From a virus: a stretch of 64,000 nucleotides of DNA. The position numbers were made by a program, and so were the translations under genes. The notes under the pieces were generated by a model. The model saw nothing but the letters and a program-made list of their open reading frames with translations. It did no database searches and was not told the DNA's origin. The first letter of the stretch is position 1. The number at the start of each line of letters is the position of its first letter. Shown here in pieces: positions 48,834 to 58,382 of this stretch. The stretch covers positions 4,506-68,505 of the IMG/VR virus record IMGVR_UViG_3300033991_000123, one strand, 5' to 3'.

Positions 48834-49532
48834 TCACCTTCCCGTGAAACTCGTTTTTTTTAATATCTCGACCCTGATTCCGGGGGCCTCAAACGTTCCT
48901 CCTCGCTCCTTCGCGCGGGCGATTAGTTTTTTCTCGTTCAGGTCAACGAAGTGCGTTTCGCCGGATACCATGCACCATTGAAGAAATATTTTTAGATTGT
49001 CGCAATGTACATGCGGGTCGTCAATCTGTCGCACCCCCCTTTTAGAGTCCCGGTTTTCGGGCGCGATGTACGGAGCAACCAGCATCGCGGCCTGACTGGT
49101 ATACATATCGGCATTTTCGGGATCAATTTCGGCTAATTTTTCGAGGTCTACCCGTTGTCGTTCCACCTCCTGCGCTGCCTCTTCCTGTTGTATGCGTTGC
49201 CGCTCCCTGTTCTCTCGCTCCCATTTTGTAAGCCCGTCCTGGAGGATTTTTTTATAGTGTATTATTTTTCCTATTCGCTCCCTGAATGGCTGTTCTCTTT
49301 TTTCAACCATTCCTTGCAACCTTTTAATTTGCTCCTTAAAATCCGCGACCTCGAGCTCCAATTGATGCTTTAAATTAGTTTCGAATTTCTGCAATTCGTT
49401 GCCGAGAAATCGGGAATTCGTTGCCTGTGGTTCGGTTTCAATGTTGTATTCAATGATGGTAGATAGTAAAAAATCATCTACCGCCAATAGAGCGCGAGCG
49501 CCCGTTTCGGTGAACAGTTCGGTTAAATCCAT
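48834..49532 (-). CDS. Coiled-coil protein of recombination module (Gp157/Gam-like, uncertain)
   Basis: Long coiled coil, C-terminal APGIRV. Confidence 0.5.
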   Translation of the reverse strand: MDLTELFTETGARALLAVDDFLLSTIIEYNIETEPQATNSRFLGNELQKFETNLKHQLELEVADFKEQIKRLQGMVEKREQPFRERIGKIIHYKKILQDGLTKWERENRERQRIQQEEAAQEVERQRVDLEKLAEIDPENADMYTSQAAMLVAPYIAPENRDSKRGVRQIDDPHVHCDNLKIFLQWCMVSGETHFVDLNEKKLIARAKERGGTFEAPGIRVEILKKTSFTGR

Positions 49533-49533
49533 A

Positions 49534-50172
49534 TTATACCGCCTTTAGTAAATTGTGCGCTGACTGAAAAACAATCCAATCCTCCGGATGGTTTTTACGC
49601 TGTTCGGGATGAAATCGATTTTCTTCAAATCGTACTGATTCCCGTATGATAATTTTATTTTTTGTTAATTCTGGAAACACCTCCCGCAACAAAACCTCGT
49701 ATGCGGCGGTTTGGTAATCCCAGTAATCCATTTCAGCCGTTGCGGTTTTCCAATCCACCAGCAACAGTTCATTGTCCATTTCGAACACCGCATCCAACGT
49801 ACCGGCATAGTGAAACCGCGTACTACATAGCGGATACTCCACCAAAAATCGTCCTTCCTCATCGGTCGCGACCGAATAATTGCTTCGCAATTCGCGCCAC
49901 TTATGCCATTGCTCGATGTAGGTGTCAAACGGCTCCGGGAAACTGATGGTTTTTCCCGCTAAAATACCCGCTATAATTGCGTGAAATCCCTTGCCGAATA
50001 CGCGGGCACTTTCGTTGTTCTTGAAAAAATTTCCCACAATCGGAACGAATGCGTCACCACGTTTCACCGCGACTGATGATAATATTTGAGTTACCGATAG
50101 AAGACCAGCCCCTTTCCATAGATATGCGTGCAGGATGGGGTCGAATAATAAATTAGGATATTGTTTGTACAT
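49534..50172 (-). CDS. PD-(D/E)XK exonuclease (phage recombination type)
   Basis: SVTQIL, YAGTLD, LVDWKT, QTAAY. Confidence 0.8.
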   Translation of the reverse strand: MYKQYPNLLFDPILHAYLWKGAGLLSVTQILSSVAVKRGDAFVPIVGNFFKNNESARVFGKGFHAIIAGILAGKTISFPEPFDTYIEQWHKWRELRSNYSVATDEEGRFLVEYPLCSTRFHYAGTLDAVFEMDNELLLVDWKTATAEMDYWDYQTAAYEVLLREVFPELTKNKIIIRESVRFEENRFHPEQRKNHPEDWIVFQSAHNLLKAV

Positions 50173-50536
50173 TTTCTAAACAATCCTCCTGTAGTTCTTC
50201 CGTGGGTATGGGTATCTCTTTTACAAGCGCCTTCGTGTCCGTACGATACCATGATTTTTTGTTTTGCATGAAATCATAAATAATGATACATTCGATAGGG
50301 CGCTTGTCCGTTTTGGCGGTGATTTTTTGGTTAATCTCTTCAATCGTTTGTTCGATTGTCTGAATTGTTTTTTTAATTTTTCTACGTTCCATTCTATAGC
50401 TTTGTTTTTTTTGTTCTATGGTGGTAAAACAATCTTTTTTAATATTTGTTAAATCGCTCAGTTTTGTTAAATATTGGCGCACGGTATACTCATCTAACGC
50501 GCAATCTAAATCCAATGTTTCTGTTTTTTGTCGCAT
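50153..50536 (-). CDS. Hypothetical protein
   Basis: 127-aa ORF with GGAG SD. Confidence 0.65.
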   Translation of the reverse strand: MRQKTETLDLDCALDEYTVRQYLTKLSDLTNIKKDCFTTIEQKKQSYRMERRKIKKTIQTIEQTIEEINQKITAKTDKRPIECIIIYDFMQNKKSWYRTDTKALVKEIPIPTEELQEDCLENVQTIS

Positions 50537-50537
50537 T

Positions 50538-51605
50538 TTATTTCTCCTTGGTTTGCAGTGCTTGTATTACTTTTTGCTGCTCTGTAACCGGCACATCCCC
50601 CGCGCTTGGAATTCCAAATGTTGCAAATAACCAATCGTTTGCTTTAGCGACGCTTAGGGTTTTTGTGGCGGCTATGGAATAAAACAGCTTTGCGAAATCG
50701 CTAACCGTTTTTAATTTTTGATTGATATCACGTACCGATGTCGCTAATGTTTCCGGAGTGGGAGCGGGTGCGGGTGGTACGGAAGTTTCGGCCGAAGGTT
50801 CCGCTGGTGGTACAATCACGGGTTCCTCTATTTTTATTTCGGTTAAATTAACCGTGGGTTTGGATTGTTTTTTTTCCACTCGAAACGCCTCGTCGATCGT
50901 CGTGTCGCCGTCTTTGATCGCGGTATAAACACCGATCAGGTCTTCGATTTCCGTCACTCCGATATCCTCGAGGGAGGGTTTTTGGCAATAAGCCAAAATT
51001 TCCTCCACGCTCACGGACATTTTGGCAAACGCTTCCGTCATTTGCTGGCGTCGTTGCGCCGTTGTTTTTGCGTTTCCGAGCGCGGTTTTTTTTGCTTGAT
51101 CGTAAATCGATTTAATATAAACTCGAGGGATAGCCTTAAAAATCGCGTTGCGAAAAGCGATTGAACAGGCGGCGTTTTTAGTTACGGCAATCATATCCTC
51201 CGAAAAGGTCCGGCCGTTCTTATCGCAAATTCGCCGGGTTATCTCAATCGATCCGCCGATGTTTTTTTCAACGTCAAAAAAGAATCCTTGCGCCGTGACA
51301 AACCTGTCGTTTTCATCTATTATCCGTGCTCCGTAGCGTAAATTTCCCCAGGAACAGGCGCAAATTTCAGCCAACCGAACGCTTTCCCCTTCGATGTACT
51401 TCACCGTTCCGTCCGCGTTTTTACGTTTTAGTTTATAAAAACACGATGCGGCTGTTTCTTCGTCCATCACCGCCATTGTCAGCGCTTCTTGACGGAATTT
51501 CGCGATCGATCGCGGATATTTTTTCGCCGTCGCGACCTGAATATCAATTTCCGCCCGATTAATCTGTTCGATCGCTGTCGAACTAGCTACCAGTAGTTCA
51601 TCCAT
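50538..51605 (-). CDS. Putative ssDNA-annealing recombinase
   Basis: EIDIQVATAKKYPRS, IEGESVRLAE; adjacent to exonuclease. Confidence 0.6.
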   Translation of the reverse strand: MDELLVASSTAIEQINRAEIDIQVATAKKYPRSIAKFRQEALTMAVMDEETAASCFYKLKRKNADGTVKYIEGESVRLAEICACSWGNLRYGARIIDENDRFVTAQGFFFDVEKNIGGSIEITRRICDKNGRTFSEDMIAVTKNAACSIAFRNAIFKAIPRVYIKSIYDQAKKTALGNAKTTAQRRQQMTEAFAKMSVSVEEILAYCQKPSLEDIGVTEIEDLIGVYTAIKDGDTTIDEAFRVEKKQSKPTVNLTEIKIEEPVIVPPAEPSAETSVPPAPAPTPETLATSVRDINQKLKTVSDFAKLFYSIAATKTLSVAKANDWLFATFGIPSAGDVPVTEQQKVIQALQTKEK

Positions 51606-51801
51606 TCAAAACCTCCAAATCGTTTAAGTGAAAGAGAAAAAAACCGATTTTATGTATTTTTTTTGGAACCGGCAATTGAAATAATTGTGATCCAATTGGA
51701 ATAACCTCAAGTATCTTTCCCTGATACTGGTTCATCCTCGAATTCCAATAAATAGGGGATTTCCGTTTGAGTTTTTTGATCCGGACCTTGATCTTTGTCA
51801 T
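51598..51801 (-). CDS. Hypothetical small protein
   Basis: GGAGG SD; overlaps neighbours. Confidence 0.55.
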   Translation of the reverse strand: MTKIKVRIKKLKRKSPIYWNSRMNQYQGKILEVIPIGSQLFQLPVPKKIHKIGFFLFHLNDLEVLNG

Positions 51802-52363
51802 GCATACCTCCGTGGCGAGTTAATCGTTTGGTGCGAAGGATTTGATTATATCGCAATAAATAGTGCAGTAGATATCCGGGCATCGATACGTCGGTTTTAT
51901 ACGCCTTCTCGAACCCAGCTAGCCAGTGATCCACGATCGGCGACCATGTTTTAGGCCTCCCGAAGGCTGCCCATTCATCGATCGACATCGGGGTAGTACT
52001 ACCCAGGGGGTCGGTGGCGACCAGTCCTTGGCGGTGCCATTCCGTTAGTTCAGAGAGAAATTCCATCATTGCACGAAACTCCTCGCTCGACCCGGCCCCC
52101 TCGACCGTTTTTTTCCAGGAGTTTTTTTCTGCCTCAGCTTCAATCGTGGCAATTTCCTTCTCGATCATCCCGGAGATGTTTTGGGGGATTTTGGGTTGTT
52201 CTTGAAGTCGCCGAATAATTTCTCGAGATTTTCTCTCTCCAATTTTTGCGAACAGATCACGAATACCGCGATCTACAAGTTCCGGCAACTCCCGTTCGCG
52301 CATCAGCGCGATTTTGGCGCATAACTCAGTTTTCCAATCACGGGTTGCCATGTCGGTGATCAT
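51707..52363 (-). CDS. Hypothetical protein (possible helicase loader, by position)
   Basis: Directly follows replication initiator with ATGA overlap. Confidence 0.5.
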   Translation of the reverse strand: MITDMATRDWKTELCAKIALMRERELPELVDRGIRDLFAKIGERKSREIIRRLQEQPKIPQNISGMIEKEIATIEAEAEKNSWKKTVEGAGSSEEFRAMMEFLSELTEWHRQGLVATDPLGSTTPMSIDEWAAFGRPKTWSPIVDHWLAGFEKAYKTDVSMPGYLLHYLLRYNQILRTKRLTRHGGMHDKDQGPDQKTQTEIPYLLEFEDEPVSGKDT

Positions 52364-53103
52364 TCACCACCCCCGGATAGGTAATTCGTCATTTTTACGC
52401 GCGGGTTATTGCGAGCATACCGTTCCCAGGTGATGATGCAACATCGCCAGGATTTAATTTTATTGCCGTGTTTATCCACCCATCCAGACTTACCGTAATG
52501 AGCAATAAAAGCCTCCGGGTCTATGCCGTTTTGCCGGGAGTCACAATACTGTCGAACCTCCTCTATCGTCGGAGGTATGGTTTCCGTATCGCGATGGCGT
52601 TTGCGCTGTTTAAGCTCTGTTGATGAATCCACTCCAAGTTTTGCTAAATCTGCCTCAATTTTAGCCATATTATTAATATTTAATATTTCTTTTTCTTCTC
52701 TTTCTTCTCTTTCTTCTCCTTCTCTAGATGTGTCCACCCGTTGTCCTCCCGTTGTCCTCCCGATGTCCAAACTCTGTCCTCCCGTTGTCCTCTCACCGTT
52801 ATAAAGCTCCCAATTTAAAAGAGTTATAATGGTGTATCGGTTGTCCGATTTCAAGCCTATAATTTTCAAATGAGAGAGTTTTTCCAAACGGTTGCGAATT
52901 GTGCTAGGTTTTTCCTTTAAACGAGACGCCAAAGAATAGCGTCCGACAATGACTTGTCCTGGTTCGAGGCGTACACCATAAACAAATGATGGTTTGGCTT
53001 GTACGTGGACTAAAATCCACAAAAAAAGTTGGCATAAACCCGCGTTATACATCAATAAATTGTCCTGTATTTTACGCCACAACTTAACGTAGCCGCGATA
53101 CAT
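52360..53103 (-). CDS. Phage replication initiator (O-like)
   Basis: GYVKLWRKI N-terminal wHTH, internal iterons, C-terminal PPTIEEV...FIAHY...GW...IKSW. Confidence 0.8.
   Translation of the reverse strand: MYRGYVKLWRKIQDNLLMYNAGLCQLFLWILVHVQAKPSFVYGVRLEPGQVIVGRYSLASRLKEKPSTIRNRLEKLSHLKIIGLKSDNRYTIITLLNWELYNGERTTGGQSLDIGRTTGGQRVDTSREGEEREEREEKEILNINNMAKIEADLAKLGVDSSTELKQRKRHRDTETIPPTIEEVRQYCDSRQNGIDPEAFIAHYGKSGWVDKHGNKIKSWRCCIITWERYARNNPRVKMTNYLSGGGE
52731..52796. repeat. Replication origin iterons: six 11-bp units (TGTCCTCCCGT consensus) beside a pyrimidine tract and AT-rich segment
   Basis: tgtccacccgt tgtcctcccgt tgtcctcccga tgtccaaactc tgtcctcccgt tgtcctctcac inside the initiator gene. 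Confidence 0.75.
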
Positions 53104-53367
53104 TTAAACACGTCCGGGGATCGATAGTCCACGTTTTTTTAATTCGGATTGAACTAGCGAAACCGCTTTTTTGATGTGCGGTTCGAGCCATGCCGGGCAT
53201 GGTTTATTACCTAGGCAGTAATCCGCAATTAAATAGCGTTTATACTCCCGGACGCCTTTTCGCTTGTGTTTGGAAGTGGCGGTATATTTATTTACGAGTC
53301 TCGTTACCAGGGTATAATAGGCCCTCGGTGCAACCTCGATCGTAATATCAAACAGGTCGTCACGCAT
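53104..53367 (-). CDS. Small basic protein, Cro-like by position
   Basis: First gene of leftward replication operon, divergent from 53547. Confidence 0.5.
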   Translation of the reverse strand: MRDDLFDITIEVAPRAYYTLVTRLVNKYTATSKHKRKGVREYKRYLIADYCLGNKPCPAWLEPHIKKAVSLVQSELKKRGLSIPGRV

Positions 53368-53412
53368 AAATTTTCCGTATTATAGATTGTTATGGGTGAG
53401 TATAAATAAGTA

Positions 53413-53441
53413 TTGACTTTTATTCATCTGTATGGTATATT
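53413..53441 (+). promoter_or_regulatory. Sigma70-like promoter
   Basis: TTGACT-17 bp-TATATT with extended -10 TG. Confidence 0.65.
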
Positions 53442-53546
53442 ATATAAAATACTATTCTGAATGAAACAGAATAATTTAGTTTTAAAATAATATAAAAAAT
53501 ATATTATTTCAATAGTTTTAATATTTTTTTAAAAGGGGATAGGTAT

Positions 53547-53999
53547 ATGATAAAAAAGACGCCAACGGAGCGGGTAAAACAGCTAATAGAAAAAATAATC
53601 ACACAAAAAAGGCTGCACAATACCATCGGCGTCAGCAAGTGGCTGTCGAAGGGTAAGAACCCCAATTATCTTAATGGATATCTTAAGCAGAATACAAAAA
53701 ATTTGTGGCCGTTCATAGACCGGCTCATCGAAGATAAGGAGGATTTAAATATTTATTTTGACAATCCAGTTTTGGAAAAAGAAAACAAGGATATGGAGAT
53801 ATTGCGGGCGGAGCTTCGGCAATCGCGCGAACAAATAATAGTACTTGAAAGGGAATTAGAGCACGCAAAGAAAATGGTAGGGGAAAAACAAAAAGAGTTT
53901 AATGATTTATATAAAAGCAATTTACAGTTGATGAAAGACCAAAGCGATTTAACCCGACAGGTTTTAGCAATCGTCAATAAATCATCGGTAAAAGGATGA
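53547..53999 (+). CDS. Putative repressor (HTH-like N-terminus + coiled coil)
   Basis: Only plus-strand gene in the region, divergent across an AT-rich operator region. Confidence 0.5.
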   Translation: MIKKTPTERVKQLIEKIITQKRLHNTIGVSKWLSKGKNPNYLNGYLKQNTKNLWPFIDRLIEDKEDLNIYFDNPVLEKENKDMEILRAELRQSREQIIVLERELEHAKKMVGEKQKEFNDLYKSNLQLMKDQSDLTRQVLAIVNKSSVKG

Positions 54000-54347
54000 T
54001 ACCGTTCCGGTTTCTTTCCATTCTTTAAGGGCGGCTTCTGTCGCCCATTGGGCAATTCTGTGCCCAATGGACTTGTAATCCCGCTTATGTGCGCGGCACA
54101 ATCGATTAAATTCTGTAGCGGTAGAATCCGCCACACTAATACAAATATTACAATTACCATTTGATTTTTCTCTATCTTTTTGATAGAGAAATTCGCAACC
54201 CTTCTCTTTTATCATTGAGAACGCTTGCTTTAATCCCCATTCGATGCAGCGACTTTGCAGACCGCAATGCATATCTCCGTCATCGTCAACGACGCGCTGT
54301 ATGTTTTGTTTATTTTCTACTGAAATTCTAATTGTTAATCTCATCAT
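53982..54347 (-). CDS. Possible tandem ribbon-helix-helix protein
   Basis: RLTIRIS and NICISVA beta-strands each followed by helices. Confidence 0.4.
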   Translation of the reverse strand: MMRLTIRISVENKQNIQRVVDDDGDMHCGLQSRCIEWGLKQAFSMIKEKGCEFLYQKDREKSNGNCNICISVADSTATEFNRLCRAHKRDYKSIGHRIAQWATEAALKEWKETGTVSSFYR

Positions 54348-54871
54348 ACGTACCTAAATAATGCCGAAAAGCGCTGTGATCCATAGCGTATGTCGCCAAT
54401 GGGTTTGAAAGAAAATCTTTCATACAATCCCACCAACCCGGGGACACACGTTACCCAGGCCGTTTTATAGTTATTTTCGAAAACAATCCCGGCCGCGCCG
54501 TTCATTGTTTTTTGCAAAACATGGTAGGTGGTTTTTTTATTCAGTGACCTATCTAGACGAAGCCCCCCGATTTCGCATGCCGGGAGCATGGTATCCCGGA
54601 GCGTAATAGTGGGGGTAAGTGCCTGAAGATAGCGATAAATATTTTGATTTGAAGAAACCAGCGCGGCCGCCTCGATGGGTAGCTGCTGAATATAGGTTTG
54701 TTTTTTAATTACCCGCGCAACCCCTACCACGCTATTGTTAATCCTACATAATATATATATCGATTGATGGCGATACGATCTTTCGGTATTGTCAACATCT
54801 AATCCTAGCTGTTCGATTTTACTCGAGACTAAAGGGGGAAGTTGCCTCCCATCAATGACAAGCAGATCCAT
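54344..54871 (-). CDS. GNAT-fold acyltransferase, LuxI/FeeM-like
   Basis: VVGVARVI, LPIE, CEIGGL, LVGLYERFSFKPIG. Confidence 0.55.
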   Translation of the reverse strand: MDLLVIDGRQLPPLVSSKIEQLGLDVDNTERSYRHQSIYILCRINNSVVGVARVIKKQTYIQQLPIEAAALVSSNQNIYRYLQALTPTITLRDTMLPACEIGGLRLDRSLNKKTTYHVLQKTMNGAAGIVFENNYKTAWVTCVPGLVGLYERFSFKPIGDIRYGSQRFSALFRYV

Positions 54872-54882
54872 TTTTTTGCTTT

Positions 54883-55323
54883 CTATTTTATTTTCTTGTG
54901 CTTTAATGTACTGCGTTTATTGGGTACGATATTTTCTCCAAGGAGTTCTTTTAAAAAACCGATTGTTTCTTTTCCGGTTTTTTTGTTGCTTTCATTTACC
55001 TTCAAGAAGCTATTTTTATTTTTAATTAAATCCCAAATTCCCGCCCGTTTAAGTAAATTAATGAACGCAAAGAGAATGTTTTTGTTACGGCTCCAACGCT
55101 GCTCTTCGAAACCGTAATCTAGGTAGGAAATTTTGTTTTGGTACCTATATTCTACGGGACATAAAACGTACCCCGTAGGCTCTCTTTCTAACACGATACT
55201 GATTGTCTTTCCAAGGATAGTTTTATACGCAGTAATAGAATTCGGACTGCTGTCTATTTTCCAACCATACGACGTTCCGCTTTCCAGTAAAGATGCAATT
55301 GTGTCTTGATGGGATTGTCTCAT
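54883..55323 (-). CDS. Hypothetical protein
   Basis: AGGAG SD. Confidence 0.65.
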   Translation of the reverse strand: MRQSHQDTIASLLESGTSYGWKIDSSPNSITAYKTILGKTISIVLEREPTGYVLCPVEYRYQNKISYLDYGFEEQRWSRNKNILFAFINLLKRAGIWDLIKNKNSFLKVNESNKKTGKETIGFLKELLGENIVPNKRSTLKHKKIK

Positions 55324-55340
55324 AAATAAATCAATCTCCT

Positions 55341-55727
55341 TTAATATTCTCTGATTTCGATATACCTTTCCTTACTACTTTCTTTGGTCACTTCGACCAT
55401 TTCAAACTTCACCCTTCCATTATCTTTCAGCACATCTAAAAATTCTTTGAGAACTTCACGGGCTTTCCCTCTCACCTCTTTCTCTTCTTTTGAAAAAATG
55501 GTTAAATAAACGGTTCTTTTTTCTCCTTTTTCTTTTTTCAGCCTCCTTCCGCCTTTTGGGATTTTTAAATAGTAGAAACACCCCTGCGTCACGGCAAACC
55601 GGTTTTTCGTTTCGGCCATAAACTCCGAATAAGGACGGTTTGGATTTTCCATTATCCACGTCCTGATCTCTTCCCTCTCACTGTCTGTAATATTGGTTTT
55701 TTTGACCATATAGACCGCAGTCCTCAT
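55341..55727 (-). CDS. Hypothetical protein
   Basis: 128-aa ORF. Confidence 0.65.
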   Translation of the reverse strand: MRTAVYMVKKTNITDSEREEIRTWIMENPNRPYSEFMAETKNRFAVTQGCFYYLKIPKGGRRLKKEKGEKRTVYLTIFSKEEKEVRGKAREVLKEFLDVLKDNGRVKFEMVEVTKESSKERYIEIREY

Positions 55728-55743
55728 GGTTGATGCGTTAATA

Positions 55744-55836
55744 CTAGCTAGATTTTTTATTTAAAGCAAATAGCACGGTGAGCACAACATACAGAACTAG
55801 AACCACCGCATACACTACGGCTATTAATAGTTCCAT
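55744..55836 (-). CDS. 30-aa single-transmembrane peptide
   Basis: MELLIAVVYAVVLVLYVVLTVLFALNKKSS with GGGGG SD-like sequence. Confidence 0.5.
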   Translation of the reverse strand: MELLIAVVYAVVLVLYVVLTVLFALNKKSS

Positions 55837-55918
55837 AATGACCCCCAGGTATTTTGATTCGAAGAGACAATCGAAGAGGTTGAAGCGGGCATATATCGCT
55901 CCTTGGTTGAGAGTTTAA

Positions 55919-55947
55919 AATATAATTGCATATTATCGTTTATGCAA
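55919..55947 (-). promoter_or_regulatory. Sigma70-like promoter
   Basis: TTGCAT-17 bp-TATATT. Confidence 0.55.
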
Positions 55948-56075
55948 GAAAAAGGTGTATAAGCTATTGTTTTTAATCATCCTCTTATTTTAATTAATTT
56001 ATTTGCATTACTACCATGGCACATATTATATTATTACCGGTCACAGTGTGTCCATATATATCGCTGGTTGAGAGG

Positions 56076-56112
56076 ATAAGGGGTCAATTTTCGAGTTGGC
56101 CCCTTATTTTTT
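56076..56112. terminator. Terminator hairpin at end of early operon
   Basis: ATAAGGGGTCAA/TTGGCCCCTTAT stem followed by T run. Confidence 0.7.
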
Positions 56113-56117
56113 GGTTA

Positions 56118-56408
56118 TTAAATACGGCGTAAGTTATTATAAACGGTGTCAACGGTTTTAATAATCTCCTGCAAAACATTTTCTATACAGTTTTCTCGAT
56201 CTTCTTTAGTTGGGTTTATTTTGAAGCGATCATCCCAATCATCGACATATTTCGCGGCAAGTTCTTTGCACGTGGAAATATCCTGTTCGCTCAATGTGGT
56301 GCCTTCAAAACCACTCCCTAGTATTACTCCGATTGCTTCGGCCCCCGCGTCAGTTACGTAGCCGTTCCAATCGCGAGCTTTCAACATGGTTTCTTTAAGC
56401 CAAGCCAT
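56118..56408 (-). CDS. Hypothetical early protein
   Basis: AGGAGG SD. Confidence 0.7.
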   Translation of the reverse strand: MAWLKETMLKARDWNGYVTDAGAEAIGVILGSGFEGTTLSEQDISTCKELAAKYVDDWDDRFKINPTKEDRENCIENVLQEIIKTVDTVYNNLRRI

Positions 56409-56438
56409 AAGTCCTCCTGGTTAATATTATATTCTAGA

Positions 56439-57137
56439 TCAATCATTAATTCCGTAATTCATTTCATCATTCATCCGTTTCAATTCGCGTGCCTGGGTTT
56501 TAGCCGTTGGTTTCGGAGCATAATTGCCGCAATCGCCGAAACAATACGAGTCGCATTGATAGCAGTATCCCGGTCCGTGGGTTTCCGGTGGTTCCGGTTC
56601 CCTGGGCGTCGCATGTTTGGTTTTCGCATCGGCGATTTTTGAAAGGATTTCTTCATCCGATTGATCTCGATTATCGACATCGTGTTCGGTTGTGAGAAGC
56701 TGGCGGCAAGCGGCCAGGATAACAATATCGGCTTGTGTGATATCGCCATTCCATTCAACGTTGCTGTAATCTCCCCATCCGCGCGAAGAAAGGAAAATCG
56801 TACCGCGATTGCGCTCGATACGCGCCTTTTCTTCCGCTTGTTTCTGCTCTTTAGCATCGGCGGCGATTTTTGCCGGATGTTTAATCCATGCGTCATCGTC
56901 GCCCGCCCATAGTCCATTAGAGTTGTCGCCAAGACGAGTGTAAGCCTCGGTCGGAATATCAGACCAACGTTGCGCTTTGACCGCATCGGCGGATTTGGCT
57001 TTAATTGCGGGATCGGTGATTCCAAGCAGCGGTCTTCCCTGATACCACAACGTGCCGTTGTTTTTAATTTCTATTGCAGTTGCGGGTACTCGCAGTTTTT
57101 CTATTCCGTCTCTTACAATATGCAGACATCCTTTCAT
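56439..57137 (-). CDS. Hypothetical early protein with C-terminal Cys cluster
   Basis: AGGAGG SD; CYQCDSYCFGDC. Confidence 0.7.
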   Translation of the reverse strand: MKGCLHIVRDGIEKLRVPATAIEIKNNGTLWYQGRPLLGITDPAIKAKSADAVKAQRWSDIPTEAYTRLGDNSNGLWAGDDDAWIKHPAKIAADAKEQKQAEEKARIERNRGTIFLSSRGWGDYSNVEWNGDITQADIVILAACRQLLTTEHDVDNRDQSDEEILSKIADAKTKHATPREPEPPETHGPGYCYQCDSYCFGDCGNYAPKPTAKTQARELKRMNDEMNYGIND

Positions 57138-57170
57138 AAGTCCTCCTGTTTTGGTGGTTATTTCATCATG

Positions 57171-57554
57171 TTAATACAAGGGTGCGTTTACCGAGCATTT
57201 CCATACCCGGCAAGGGATTTTGCAATGCACTGCACTATGCGCGCGCGGCCAATCCTGATCAAAGAACCAAAACGGTTGTTCTTCCTTCCCTTCAGTTAGT
57301 GTACAGGTGGATTTTGGTACGCTTCGATACAGGGACCCGGAAAACGAAATGCAACATTTGCCGATATAAAAACTGCCGCCGGTTGAGGTTTGAATTTCCC
57401 AACCATCTTCTAATCGCCATATATACGAAACGCGGCGTTTTGTACCATCGGCAAAAATTATTACGTCGCCGGTTTCTATGTCGGTTGAAGATTCAAACCA
57501 TGATTTGCGTTCTTCATGAATTTTCGCGTTTTTTGGGTCATTGAGAGAATACAT
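57171..57554 (-). CDS. Hypothetical early protein (DUF4121-like)
   Basis: GGSFY, SGS, FWFF motifs; GAGG SD. Confidence 0.6.
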   Translation of the reverse strand: MYSLNDPKNAKIHEERKSWFESSTDIETGDVIIFADGTKRRVSYIWRLEDGWEIQTSTGGSFYIGKCCISFSGSLYRSVPKSTCTLTEGKEEQPFWFFDQDWPRAHSAVHCKIPCRVWKCSVNAPLY

Positions 57555-57575
57555 AAACTACCTCTTTCTATTCAA

Positions 57576-57761
57576 TTATTTTAATTTAAGATTTTCCTCT
57601 TTAACCGCATACCAGGGGGTATCCGTTGGTTCCAGGTAGTATCCGTAACCGGATTCGCTATAGGAAATTGAAGTAACAGCGACAATTTTTCTTTCACCTA
57701 TAAATACCCCGTAGTCATTGGTGTAGAGAACGTTATCGCCAGCGTTAAATTTTGCGGGCAT
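57576..57761 (-). CDS. Small SH3/KOW-like protein
   Basis: FNAGDNVLYTNDYG; duplicated leader. Confidence 0.65.
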   Translation of the reverse strand: MPAKFNAGDNVLYTNDYGVFIGERKIVAVTSISYSESGYGYYLEPTDTPWYAVKEENLKLK

Positions 57762-57773
57762 AACTACCTCTTT

Positions 57774-57971
57774 CTATTCAATTGTGATAAAACCTACTTT
57801 GTTTCCGTTGCTGTCGCGCAATGGGCAAACATAGGGCGGCGATTCAAGGGCCGGAAAACCGTCCATAATACCCCCGGCGATATCTGCCGCCCTATTGATA
57901 ATTCTCGTTAGTTCGCCGGGATTGTCGGTAAAAGCGGCATTTCCGGTTTCAATGCTGATAGTAATTTTCAT
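57774..57971 (-). CDS. Small phage protein
   Basis: IETGNAAF...LRDSNGNKVG motif. Confidence 0.7.
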   Translation of the reverse strand: MKITISIETGNAAFTDNPGELTRIINRAADIAGGIMDGFPALESPPYVCPLRDSNGNKVGFITIE

Positions 57972-57984
57972 GGCATGCCCCTTT

Positions 57985-58146
57985 CTATGCATTTAATTTT
58001 TTTAAGATTTTACGCAAAAGAATAGTCGCGGTTTTAACATCACGAATTTTTTTTCGGATATCCTTATTTGGTTTAAGAATTGGTTTTTTTTGCTCTTTTA
58101 ATTTTCGACGCAAAATATGCCGAAATTGTTTTTTTTGAGGTTTCAT
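57985..58146 (-). CDS. Lys-rich small protein (53 aa)
   Basis: Open frame MKPQKKTIS...KKLNA filling the gap. Confidence 0.4.
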   Translation of the reverse strand: MKPQKKQFRHILRRKLKEQKKPILKPNKDIRKKIRDVKTATILLRKILKKLNA

Positions 58147-58150
58147 GGTT

Positions 58151-58324
58151 CTATTTTTTTTCCTTTGTTTTTTCCTTGATGTATAGATCTATCCATTGAG
58201 ATAGCGCGTGATTGATTTGCCGTACCAATGTGCGGCTTTCATCCTCAGCTATTTTTTTCATCGCGGCGTGAATTTCCTTGGTGATTCTTAAATAAATTAT
58301 TACCTTGTTTTCGCTTTCATTCAT
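58151..58324 (-). CDS. Arc-like ribbon-helix-helix protein
   Basis: IYLRITKEIHAAMKKIAEDESRTLVRQI. Confidence 0.7.
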   Translation of the reverse strand: MNESENKVIIYLRITKEIHAAMKKIAEDESRTLVRQINHALSQWIDLYIKEKTKEKK

Positions 58325-58382
58325 GGTGATTCCTTTAAATAATGTTATTAAAGTAATGTTACCGCACACAAGCAAACCCCTT

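Noticed and set aside
49534-50172. Cas4-like adaptation nuclease linked to the RAMP locus
   Set aside because: No Fe-S cysteine cluster was seen and it sits in an ordinary recombination module far from the array.
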